64,000 nt of DNA from Parcubacteria group bacterium M6-OD1-4 (GTDB lineage: Bacteria > Patescibacteriota > Patescibacteriia > Patescibacteriales > UBA12465): contig LSNS01000004.1 of assembly GCA_003056205.1 (NCBI GenBank), forward strand, positions 188,630 through 252,629, written 5' to 3'. The translations under genes and the position numbers were made by a program. The notes under the pieces were generated by a model. That model saw nothing but the letters and a program-made list of their open reading frames with translations. It ran no database searches and was not told the origin of the DNA. This document shows positions 17,596-26,056 of this stretch, piece by piece. How positions within the stretch are numbered: the first letter of the stretch is position 1; the number at the start of each line of letters is the position of its first letter.

Positions 17596-18924
17596 TTATA
17601 GCATAATTAACATAATAACAGCAGAAGCGGCCATAATGGAAAAGGTTCCCCAAACTAGAATATTAGATAGCCAACCACTACGATAACGACCCATGATTTT
17701 TTCATTATTAGCAATTCGGGCTACTAAAAATATAATTGGTACGGCAACCAAACCGTTAAAAACAGCGGTAAAAATTAAAGCCTTGATAGGATCAATACCA
17801 ACGAGATTAATTAAGAGTCCAATTAAAGTAGAAATGATAATAACACCATAGAAACTGGGAGCTTTTTTGAATTTTAGATTCAAGCCTGCTCGCCAATCAA
17901 AGGCTTCCGAGAGAGCATAAGAAGCGGAACCAGATAAAATTGGAATTGCCAACAGTCCGAGACCAATAATACCAATAGAAAAAATAAATTTTGTAATCAA
18001 GCCAGCATAGGGAAAGGTTTGTACTAAAGGCTCAAGAGCCTTAGCAGCATCGGCAGCGGTAACAATGTTTGTAATTCCATGTTGATTTAAAACACTCGCC
18101 GCCGTAACAATAATACACCAAGCAACAATTTCCGAAAAAAGCATTCCCACAAAATTATCCCAATGGAGACGACGAATAAATTTATTAATACCTCGAGGCT
18201 CGCCCGTCCAACGAAAAATGTGTTTTCTTTTTTCTTCTTCAACTTCTTCAGACGCTTCCCAAAAAAACATATAGGGCGAAATAGTCGTTCCGAAAACAGC
18301 AGTAATAATAAAGAAAAAAGCAAAATTAAATTCCAAATGAGGAATTGCTGTTGCTACTAAAATTTGCTGCCAAGGTTGATGAATCAAAAAAACTGTGATT
18401 GGATAAGCTAAAAGAGTAATCGCCAACCATTTTAAAATTTTAGAATACACCTTATAACTAGTAATAATTTCTAAAGTGAGAATTAAAATAGCAAATATTA
18501 AGGTGGCAAAAATAAAATTAATTGGAATGAGTAATTGTAAAGCAGCGGCCATGGCCCCCAGATCAGCACCAATATTAACAACATTAGCAATCACCATTAA
18601 GATAATTGCTCCTAACAAAATTTTTTGATTATAGTGTCTTTTAATTACCGCTGCCAATCCTTTGCCAGTCACGGCACCAATTCGCGCTGATGCTTCTTGA
18701 ATAGCAGTTAGAAATGGCAAAGCAAAAAGAATTGTCCAAAGCTGACTATAACCAAATTGAGCACCAGTTTGAGAATAAGTAGCAATACCAGAAGGATCAT
18801 CATCGGCCGCTCCAGTAATAACCCCCGGTCCAATAATTTTCAGAATTTTTTTTATCTTCGCTTTAAATTTTTTGTTTTTCTTCATATTTCTAAAACCTAA
18901 CATCTTTATTCTACCATAAAACAA
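17596..18924 (-). CDS. NRAMP-family divalent cation transporter (divergent clade)
   Basis: About 11 TM helices with N-terminal GPGVITGAADDDPSGIATYSQTGAQFGY, characteristic of the Nramp-related family. The start codon is uncertain. Confidence 0.7.
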   Translation of the reverse strand: MFYGRIKMLGFRNMKKNKKFKAKIKKILKIIGPGVITGAADDDPSGIATYSQTGAQFGYSQLWTILFALPFLTAIQEASARIGAVTGKGLAAVIKRHYNQKILLGAIILMVIANVVNIGADLGAMAAALQLLIPINFIFATLIFAILILTLEIITSYKVYSKILKWLAITLLAYPITVFLIHQPWQQILVATAIPHLEFNFAFFFIITAVFGTTISPYMFFWEASEEVEEEKRKHIFRWTGEPRGINKFIRRLHWDNFVGMLFSEIVAWCIIVTAASVLNQHGITNIVTAADAAKALEPLVQTFPYAGLITKFIFSIGIIGLGLLAIPILSGSASYALSEAFDWRAGLNLKFKKAPSFYGVIIISTLIGLLINLVGIDPIKALIFTAVFNGLVAVPIIFLVARIANNEKIMGRYRSGWLSNILVWGTFSIMAASAVIMLIML

Positions 18925-19032
18925 AGAAAAATTTAAAGATAAAAATTATTTAAAAATCGACCTGGTAAAAGATCGATTAAATAATTATGATATTAAACAA
19001 ATACTGAACTAGGAGATTTTAATTAACAAATT

Positions 19033-19605
19033 TTATCGATAAGTCGAGGCATTTAAGGTATTCATAGTAATTTCGGAAACATGGTGAAGACGTGCATAGT
19101 TCTCCATATTGCTAATCATCTTATAACGAATAGCATAGCTATAATCAAAATTATAGAGATGACTTAAATATCTTAAAGTAGTAGCGTCCCATCTCATAGT
19201 TGTTCCATAACGTGAAGTATAATAGGTTCTCCGGACTGTTTTTGGAGTGATAACAGCTGATTTGGCCGTAGTTTTTGTCTTAGACACTGATTTTGCTGTT
19301 TTAGTAATGGAAGAGGAAACATGACGAGGAGTGTGAACTATTATCTTTGTTCGTTTTTTAATAGCAACTTGTTTTGTTGGAGTGGAAATGGTTTTAACCT
19401 TAGTAGGAATATTCTTTTCAGCTAAAACCTGAACATTAGTCTCAACTGGTTGATAAGAAGAAAGATTATTATCAATATTATTCGCTTGTCCAATTAAATC
19501 CGTTAAACCGGGCTGATTAGTAGCGGAAACACTACGGACCACAAAAATAATCGCTAAGAAAAAGATACTACCTAAAAATATTTTTTTTATCATAGAAAAC
19601 AACAA
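19033..19605 (-). CDS. Hypothetical secreted protein
   Basis: 190 aa with a signal peptide, a K/T/S-rich linker and a Tyr/Arg-rich C-terminal region. No family was recognised. Confidence 0.5.
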   Translation of the reverse strand: MLFSMIKKIFLGSIFFLAIIFVVRSVSATNQPGLTDLIGQANNIDNNLSSYQPVETNVQVLAEKNIPTKVKTISTPTKQVAIKKRTKIIVHTPRHVSSSITKTAKSVSKTKTTAKSAVITPKTVRRTYYTSRYGTTMRWDATTLRYLSHLYNFDYSYAIRYKMISNMENYARLHHVSEITMNTLNASTYR

Positions 19606-19836
19606 AACAAATAAAACTATTTATTAAAAATTAAATTTTATTTAGATTTGTTCTTATTTGTAGTCTATCATAACAAAAAGCAACTAAGAAATCAAGGTTA
19701 AAAAAATAAAAGATCTAAAGATTAACTATTTACAGGCTAAATAGATTTTGGATTAAAATAAAAAAAAATAACATTTTAAATAGGTACTCATCCCTTCGGT
19801 CGTCGCTGACACCCCCACAAATGTGCCTACGGCGTA

Positions 19837-19879
19837 AAATTAAAATCACCACTCAACGAGAGAGTGGTAATTTTAATTT
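19837..19879. terminator. Long AT-rich hairpin abutting the tRNA-Gln 3' end
   Basis: An 18-bp stem with one mismatch (aaattaaaatcaccactc / gagtggtaattttaattt) and a 7-nt loop, with T runs on both sides. Confidence 0.45.
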
Positions 19880-19880
19880 G

Positions 19881-19951
19881 CTGCGAGACCTGGATTCGAA
19901 CCAGGATAAACGGCTTCAAAGGCCGCGGTCCTACCATTAGACGATCTCGCA
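19881..19951 (-). tRNA. tRNA-Gln (anticodon UUG)
   Basis: The reverse complement TGCGAGATCGTCTAATGGTAGGACCGCGGCCTTTGAAGCCGTTTATCCTGGTTCGAATCCAGGTCTCGCAG folds as a cloverleaf. The acceptor is TGCGAGA/TCTCGCA, the anticodon loop is CTTTGAA and the T-loop is GGTTCGAATCC. No CCA is encoded. Confidence 0.85.
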
Positions 19952-19963
19952 TTATTCAATTAA

Positions 19964-19984
19964 AATATCCTCAATGAGGATATT
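19964..19984 (-). terminator. Hairpin between ftsX and tRNA-Gln (weak terminator or processing signal)
   Basis: aatatcctc-aat-gaggatatt forms a 9-bp stem located 26 nt after the ftsX stop. The U-tail is poor (TTAATT). Confidence 0.35.
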
Positions 19985-20009
19985 ATTAGAAATTAATTAA
20001 TTTGTCAAA

Positions 20010-20918
20010 TTAAATCTTCGCATATTTACGAACAGCGAATAAACTAGCAACGGCATTGATAACGGCGACCACTAAGAATTGGGAACCAAAAATCAACACA
20101 AAGTTATTTATAAAATAAGCTAAGATATTAATATTATAATTCAGAAAAAAGCTATTTAGATAGGGTTGTAGTAAAGTCAAAAAGGGATAAAAGATTAAAA
20201 TTACAATGAGCACACTTAAGAATGAATAAATAAGCGCTGAGAAAAGATAGGGCATGTAAATAAAAGAATTGGAAGCTCCTACTAGGCGCATAATCTCAAT
20301 TTCCCGGCGATGAGTATAAATAGCAACCCGAATAGCATTATAAACCACTAACAAACTAATAAGAATAAAGATCGAAATAATAAATAAACCAACTTCATTA
20401 ATTCGTTTCGTGAGTTTATTAATTTTAGTTAAAATAAGAGTATTATTAGAAAAGTCATGAGATTCAATAATTGGGTTATTAAGAGTTTTAAGTTCATTAA
20501 TTACCAAATTAGATTCATTAAAATCTCGGGGCACAATTGTTAAACTAGGAGATAAAGGATTACGCCCTAACTCTCGTAAAGCCGTTAAAACTTGAGGATT
20601 ATTCGCATACTTAACCCGGAAAGAGTTAATAGCACTCTGTTTAGAAATATAGTTAACTTGCTGGACATTATCTAGTTTAGAAATCTTAGTTTTTAGAGTG
20701 CTAATCTGGGCTTCCGTGGAATCAGCATTAAGGTATAAACTAATGTTAATTTTTGTTTTGACGGCCTGAATAGCACTATTGCTAATTAAATGAACGGTAA
20801 TTAGGGTGTTAATAGAAAACAATGCCAATAATAAAACCATAATTGTCGCCACACTCAACCAAATATTACGAACAATATCTTGAAAACTAAATTTTATAAT
20901 ACGGTACAAAAATAACAT
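20010..20918 (-). CDS. ftsX: Cell division ABC transporter permease FtsX
   Basis: 302 aa with TM1, a large extracytoplasmic loop and three C-terminal TM helices. MRLVGASNSFI is the conserved FtsX motif. It lies directly downstream of ftsE. Confidence 0.9.
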   Translation of the reverse strand: MLFLYRIIKFSFQDIVRNIWLSVATIMVLLLALFSINTLITVHLISNSAIQAVKTKINISLYLNADSTEAQISTLKTKISKLDNVQQVNYISKQSAINSFRVKYANNPQVLTALRELGRNPLSPSLTIVPRDFNESNLVINELKTLNNPIIESHDFSNNTLILTKINKLTKRINEVGLFIISIFILISLLVVYNAIRVAIYTHRREIEIMRLVGASNSFIYMPYLFSALIYSFLSVLIVILIFYPFLTLLQPYLNSFFLNYNINILAYFINNFVLIFGSQFLVVAVINAVASLFAVRKYAKI

Positions 20919-20932
20919 AAATAAAAATTATA

Positions 20933-21613
20933 TTAGAGTAAATATTTTCCTCGTTCTTGGTCATTAATAATTTGACCATGATCCATGGTAATAACCCGTC
21001 GGTTTAAACGATTAACAATTTCTTTATTATGGGTTACTAACACTACTGTCGTTCCAAATTTATTAATTCGTAACAGTAAATTAACAATATCATTGGCGTT
21101 AATAGCATCTAAATTACCAGTAGGCTCATCAGCTAAAAGAATTTTTGGTTGATGTACTAAAGCCCGAGCAATTGCCGTACGTTGTTGTTCCCCACCGGAT
21201 ACTTCATGGGGATAACGATTTTTTTCGGCATCTAAACCAACAATTTTGAGAACACTAGGAACAATTTTTTTTATTTTATTTGGTTTCGCTCCAGAAACTT
21301 GAAGAGCAAAAGAAACATTTTCTTCTAAAGTTTTTTTGCGAATTAATTTGAAATCTTGAAAAATAACACCAATCTGTCGTCGAAGATAAGGAACTTCATG
21401 ACGACTAATTTTGGTGATATCCCAATCACCAATAATTATTCGTCCTTGATCAACATGTTCTTCGCCAATTAATAAGCGTACTAAAGTCGTTTTACCAGCA
21501 CCAGATTGTCCGACAATGGAAACAAATTCTCCAGGTTTAATTAGGATATTAACATCTGTCAAAACCTTAACTTGACCTTGATAGGTTTTGGAGATGTTGT
21601 CCAAATTAATCAT
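20933..21613 (-). CDS. ftsE: Cell division ATP-binding protein FtsE
   Basis: Walker A GQSGAGKTT, signature VSGGEQQR and Walker B LLADEPTGNLD. Confidence 0.9.
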   Translation of the reverse strand: MINLDNISKTYQGQVKVLTDVNILIKPGEFVSIVGQSGAGKTTLVRLLIGEEHVDQGRIIIGDWDITKISRHEVPYLRRQIGVIFQDFKLIRKKTLEENVSFALQVSGAKPNKIKKIVPSVLKIVGLDAEKNRYPHEVSGGEQQRTAIARALVHQPKILLADEPTGNLDAINANDIVNLLLRINKFGTTVVLVTHNKEIVNRLNRRVITMDHGQIINDQERGKYLL

Positions 21614-21626
21614 AAGTTTTAATAAT

Positions 21627-23123
21627 TTATTTTTTTAACAGTTGCAAACCATAACGGATTAATTGAACATTATCAGCAAAATCAGCAGCACGACTTTTAG
21701 AACCAAAGTTTACTAAAATTAAATTACCTCTTGTCGTTCTCACCCGAGTCATTAAACAATATTTCGCTTCATCTAAATATCCAGTTTTAGAACCAATAAT
21801 CCGATAAGTATTCAAACGTAGTAAGCGATCAGTGTTATGAATAGTGTGCCAGTGGTGAGTATTTAATGTCTGAAAACGATAACTACGGGTAGTACTGATT
21901 TCTTGTAATAAAGGATTAGTAAAAATCTCTCTAGTTATTATAGCATAATCTAGCGGAGAACTCACATTCTGAGGAGAGAGACCGGTGGGCTCTACAAAAT
22001 GAGTATTGGTCGCCCCCCAAGATTTAACAAGCTCATTCATTTTCTGAATAAAAACTGGTCGTTTTAAACCGCTAGCACGAACCAAGCTTTCCACAGCATT
22101 ATTAGCAGACCCCAATAAAGCACTGTACATCAAATCTTTTACCGTAACCTTCTCTCCAGGGTACAAACTAACATGGGCGGATTGCCAAGGAAGAACATAA
22201 CGATAATTATAGTTCTCGTCTTGTTTTTTATAAGTAACAATTTCATTTAAACTTGGCCGAGTATCTAGAAAAACCCGCATGGCAATTAATTTACTTAAAC
22301 TGGCTAAGGGCGAAACCTTATTCTGATTTTTTCCCCATAAAACTTTTCCAGTTTTTTCAGACATAATAACTGCTGACCAAGCACTAATCTTTGGACTACT
22401 AGCTTTTGGCACTAGGGCTTGGTGAAGGGCTAAACCGCTAACCTTTTGAGGTTCAACTTTAACTTTTATCAATCCAACAGAGGGATTAGCAATTTTTTGG
22501 AAAGCAACATAATCTAAATCAATTACTCGCTGAGGAAAGATGGCTCGTTCTGGACCATAATCATTAACGGTAATAATAACTGATTTATGATTCTCAAGAT
22601 TAATAACTTTTAAAGTAGAACCTTTTGGAAAATCTGGTGAAGCAGCAAATAAACCATGTCGATAACGATACCAACTTGCGGTCCCCACGGTCATAATATT
22701 GGAATTGACCGCTAATAATAAACGTCCTGAAATTGAAGTGGTTAAAGCTTGCGCATAATGTTGCTGAGGAAAATCAGTGGTCGGAAGAGGACGCCAAACT
22801 TTAGCCCAAGAATCAAAAATAAAAATTTTCTTCAAATTATTATTAGTCTGTTGATAATGAATTTTAATTAATAATGGGCGACTGGGATCATAAAAACCAG
22901 AAGTTTGAAATGAATAATTATAAACTGGACCAAGAGCTTGCCACTGCCAAGGTAGCTTAATCGGCAAAGAACTGGCGGTAATATTCAAAGTAGCCGCTGT
23001 AGTGAAAGCTTGAGCTTGAGAGACAATCTCTAGATTAAGCTTAGTTTTAGCTTGACTAGCTAGCGGTAATATTAATAAAGCGAAACTAATTAAAAAAAGA
23101 TATTTACCAAATTTGAACTTCAT
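21627..23123 (-). CDS. Fusion of an RlpA-like double-psi beta-barrel domain and a D-alanyl-D-alanine carboxypeptidase (S11/PBP5 type)
   Basis: It has a signal peptide. The middle segment (GTASWYRY..GLFAASPDFPKGSTLKVINLENHKSVIITVNDYGP) fits the RlpA/DPBB pattern. The C-terminal half carries SxxK (SLSK), SxN (SAN) and KTG (SKTGY). Confidence 0.75.
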   Translation of the reverse strand: MKFKFGKYLFLISFALLILPLASQAKTKLNLEIVSQAQAFTTAATLNITASSLPIKLPWQWQALGPVYNYSFQTSGFYDPSRPLLIKIHYQQTNNNLKKIFIFDSWAKVWRPLPTTDFPQQHYAQALTTSISGRLLLAVNSNIMTVGTASWYRYRHGLFAASPDFPKGSTLKVINLENHKSVIITVNDYGPERAIFPQRVIDLDYVAFQKIANPSVGLIKVKVEPQKVSGLALHQALVPKASSPKISAWSAVIMSEKTGKVLWGKNQNKVSPLASLSKLIAMRVFLDTRPSLNEIVTYKKQDENYNYRYVLPWQSAHVSLYPGEKVTVKDLMYSALLGSANNAVESLVRASGLKRPVFIQKMNELVKSWGATNTHFVEPTGLSPQNVSSPLDYAIITREIFTNPLLQEISTTRSYRFQTLNTHHWHTIHNTDRLLRLNTYRIIGSKTGYLDEAKYCLMTRVRTTRGNLILVNFGSKSRAADFADNVQLIRYGLQLLKK

Positions 23124-23215
23124 AATTTGTGATTGACTAAAATGATTTAATAATTCTATAATGTATTTACGTTTATTAATTTTCTTAATCTATTTTTTAA
23201 ACTTAAAAACTTCAA

Positions 23216-23290
23216 GCGGGTGTCGTATAGTGGTTATTATGTCAGCTTCCCAAGCTGAAGAGGGCGGTTCGATTCCGCTTACCCGCTCCA
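23216..23290 (+). tRNA. tRNA-Gly (anticodon CCC), CCA encoded
   Basis: GCGGGTGTCGTATAGTGGTTATTATGTCAGCTTCCCAAGCTGAAGAGGGCGGTTCGATTCCGCTTACCCGCTCCA has an anticodon stem TCAGC/GCTGA with loop TTCCCAA. Confidence 0.85.
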
Positions 23291-23305
23291 AAATCAACAT
23301 ACTTG

Positions 23306-23381
23306 GCCGAGATAGCTCAGTTGGTAGAGCGACGCACTCGTAACGCGTAGGTCAGGGGTTCGACCCCCCTTCTCGGCTCCA
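23306..23381 (+). tRNA. tRNA-Thr (anticodon CGU), CCA encoded
   Basis: GCCGAGATAGCTCAGTTGGTAGAGCGACGCACTCGTAACGCGTAGGTCAGGGGTTCGACCCCCCTTCTCGGCTCCA has the anticodon loop CTCGTAA and closely resembles canonical bacterial tRNA-Thr. Confidence 0.85.
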
Positions 23382-23389
23382 AAAATATT

Positions 23390-23821
23390 TTACTTAAAAA
23401 AGTACTGCCACCATTTCTGAAAATTATTAATATTCTGTGTAGCTACTGGAAAATTACTATTGATAACTTTAATTTTCTTGTCTTCAACAACAACCACTTC
23501 TTCTCCTGGTTTTTTCATATTGAAATTTAAACGGGCTTGAGTTTCTAAATATTGTTTAGAATTTAAATAAGTCATTAACTCTCCAAGCTGTTTATTTTGT
23601 AGTTCGTAGTGATTGATCTTATCTTTTACCCCTTGAATCTCTTGACTAACCAAACGACGTTGGCTATAAGTCTGAGCTAAAGGAAAGACAATTAAGACTA
23701 AAACAAACAAACCCAAGATTGCTAAAAATCGTTGGTTAAGAAATAAACGGTAAAAAAAACCGCGCGAATTAGAATTTAAATCTCCATGAAAATTTCGAGG
23801 ACGGAGACGATGTTTAGTCAT
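23390..23821 (-). CDS. Septum formation initiator family protein (FtsB/DivIC-like)
   Basis: 143 aa with a single TM helix, a coiled coil and the ETQARLNFNMKKPGEEVVVV motif typical of FtsB/DivIC. Confidence 0.6.
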   Translation of the reverse strand: MTKHRLRPRNFHGDLNSNSRGFFYRLFLNQRFLAILGLFVLVLIVFPLAQTYSQRRLVSQEIQGVKDKINHYELQNKQLGELMTYLNSKQYLETQARLNFNMKKPGEEVVVVEDKKIKVINSNFPVATQNINNFQKWWQYFFK

Positions 23822-23886
23822 GTTCCTTATTATAGCACAAAAAAAATACTAGCAAAATTAAATTAAATTAATCATTTTTTCTCTCT

Positions 23887-25482
23887 CTAACGTGATTTTG
23901 GAGTAACCGAAAAGCCCATATATTTACCAAACATCAAACGAATTTGGGCTTCTAAACAAGGGATAGCGCCAAAAATAATAATAGTTATTGGCACAAAGGC
24001 CCATTCAACAAAAATTATAATATTCTTTAAAACTGTATATTTCTTCGGTCGCGGCGGTAACAAAAGAACTGAAATTACTCCAGAAAGAATTAAGCCAATC
24101 ATGGCGATACTCATTAAGTTTTGAGTAATCATTGGCAAATTACCAGAAAGAACCATAGAATTAAAACGATTCCCTCCTAAAAAGAGTGGTAACCAACCAA
24201 TAACAGCAATAATTAAAGCATTGGTCGCCCAAGAATAGAAACCATAAATTTGAATAAAAATATGGCCGACAACACGTTTTTTATCAAAGCCTTTATTTTT
24301 CCAACGTTGAGCAGTATTAAATAATAAATAAGGAATATTTTCTCCACCCCAAGCCCATCGTCGTTGTTGTTTATATAAACTTTTAGCAGTCTTTAAATAA
24401 TTTTGATCACAAGTAACATCCATGGAAACCTTATAATTAATAGGTTCCACCCGATAATGACCGTTATAATACATTAAACAGTGCCAAAAAATACGCGAGT
24501 CTTCAGAAACATTAGCTGTTGACCAAAAACCAATCTCTACTAAAGCTTTCCAGGTCATAGAATGAGAAGAATAAGTCACCAAGCTTTCCTGCCGAATCTG
24601 CATAATCATCTGCCAAAAAGTATTAGAAGCAGCGGCTACCCGAGAAAAAAATGGTGAGTTCCAAATATTATTATGATAAACTGGAACGGGCTGGTAACTA
24701 GCGTGATAAGGATCATCAACGCTTAAAAATTTATATGTTAAAGCAAAAAAGTAACCGGGATAAACCACGGTATCAATATCAAAAACACTAACTAAAATTT
24801 TAGAATAATCTAATTGTTCACGATCAATTATTTCTTTTTTAATAACTCGAGCCGACCACGCTTGATTAGCCCCCTTTCCTTTTAATTCACCAGGAAGATG
24901 ATCGGGGTGCCAAGTAATAATGAAATGCCCAAACTGCTGAGCAAATTCTTGTTGAATGGCGGCAGCTCGTTCGTGAGCAGCTGTTCCTGCTCGCTCTTCC
25001 ATTGCTAAAGCAATAATCATCCGTGCTGGCGGATAACCATCTTTCAGTAAAGAAATTAAAGAAGATCGAATTATCTCTAAACTTTCATTATAATTAGGCA
25101 AAATAATTAATTGCCATAAATCGTCGGTAGAAACCCCCTGACGCGCTAAACATTTCGCAGCAATATCGGAAGAGTCAAATTGTTTATCTTTTAACTTTTG
25201 GCACGCTAAACGCCAATTAACTCGCAAACCTTTTTGTAATTGATAATAAGAACCAATTAAAAAAATAGCTAGATAAAGAACTAACAACAACCAATAAACA
25301 TCGAAAGCAATAATGAAGTAAGCCACCCAAACCGGCTCAAAATAAGATAAAATAATTAAAACTAATAAAGAAAAGATTGATAAAAACCCAGGTAGTATCT
25401 CCAATAAACGATAAATAGTATAATAACGACCGCTTAAATCTGTCGCTTTACCAATTTTAAGATAATTAACAATTGAGTTCAT
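23887..25482 (-). CDS. Membrane-embedded processive family 2 glycosyltransferase (cellulose/chitin-synthase-like)
   Basis: 531 aa with N- and C-terminal TM bundles flanking a GT-A domain. The domain has LPNYNES, DID and the processive-synthase signature QxxRW (QQRRWAWG). Confidence 0.7.
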   Translation of the reverse strand: MNSIVNYLKIGKATDLSGRYYTIYRLLEILPGFLSIFSLLVLIILSYFEPVWVAYFIIAFDVYWLLLVLYLAIFLIGSYYQLQKGLRVNWRLACQKLKDKQFDSSDIAAKCLARQGVSTDDLWQLIILPNYNESLEIIRSSLISLLKDGYPPARMIIALAMEERAGTAAHERAAAIQQEFAQQFGHFIITWHPDHLPGELKGKGANQAWSARVIKKEIIDREQLDYSKILVSVFDIDTVVYPGYFFALTYKFLSVDDPYHASYQPVPVYHNNIWNSPFFSRVAAASNTFWQMIMQIRQESLVTYSSHSMTWKALVEIGFWSTANVSEDSRIFWHCLMYYNGHYRVEPINYKVSMDVTCDQNYLKTAKSLYKQQRRWAWGGENIPYLLFNTAQRWKNKGFDKKRVVGHIFIQIYGFYSWATNALIIAVIGWLPLFLGGNRFNSMVLSGNLPMITQNLMSIAMIGLILSGVISVLLLPPRPKKYTVLKNIIIFVEWAFVPITIIIFGAIPCLEAQIRLMFGKYMGFSVTPKSR

Positions 25483-25484
25483 AG

Positions 25485-26054
25485 TTAAATAATATTTTTC
25501 CTTTTCAATTCAAAAAAACATTTAGCACAAGCCCGCACATCAACACTAGCATCATGAGCATCGGGAAAACTAGTTTTAAATAAACAATTATAAAGTTCAG
25601 TTAAATTAGGCCACTTATAACCATAACGCCCTGGCAAACGACAATAAGCAACACTTTTTTTCATGGTACAAATCTCTTGAGCCTTAATTAATGGATTATC
25701 TAAACCCACTCGGAGAAGCTCGGAACCAATAATTTTTTTATCAAAATCAATATTATGAGCCACTAAATAAGAACTTTGTCGAACATCACGTAAGAAATAA
25801 TTTAAGGCTAATTTTAATTCGATCCCTTCTCGCATAGCCTGTTCTTGAGAAATATGATGAATTTTAGTAGCTTCTTCAGGAATCACAAAACCTTCCGGTT
25901 TAATTATATAATTATAAGTTTCCCAAGCCCCGCCGTCAGCATCATATAAATTCCAAGCTAATTGTACCAAACGAGGCCAATTCAAAAAATCATCAAGAGG
26001 CGCTTGATAATTACGAGGCAAACCAGTTGTCTCTGTATCAAAAACTAAATACAT
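25485..26054 (-). CDS. DnaQ-like (DEDDh) 3'-5' exonuclease
   Basis: Exo I is VFDTETTGL, Exo II is AHNIDFD and Exo III is HDASVD. Confidence 0.85.
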   Translation of the reverse strand: MYLVFDTETTGLPRNYQAPLDDFLNWPRLVQLAWNLYDADGGAWETYNYIIKPEGFVIPEEATKIHHISQEQAMREGIELKLALNYFLRDVRQSSYLVAHNIDFDKKIIGSELLRVGLDNPLIKAQEICTMKKSVAYCRLPGRYGYKWPNLTELYNCLFKTSFPDAHDASVDVRACAKCFFELKRKNII

Positions 26055-26056
26055 AA

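Noticed and set aside
23161-23343. A 60-aa plus-strand ORF.
   Set aside because: It is composed almost entirely of the tRNA-Gly and tRNA-Thr gene sequences (23216-23381), so it is a spurious translation of RNA genes.
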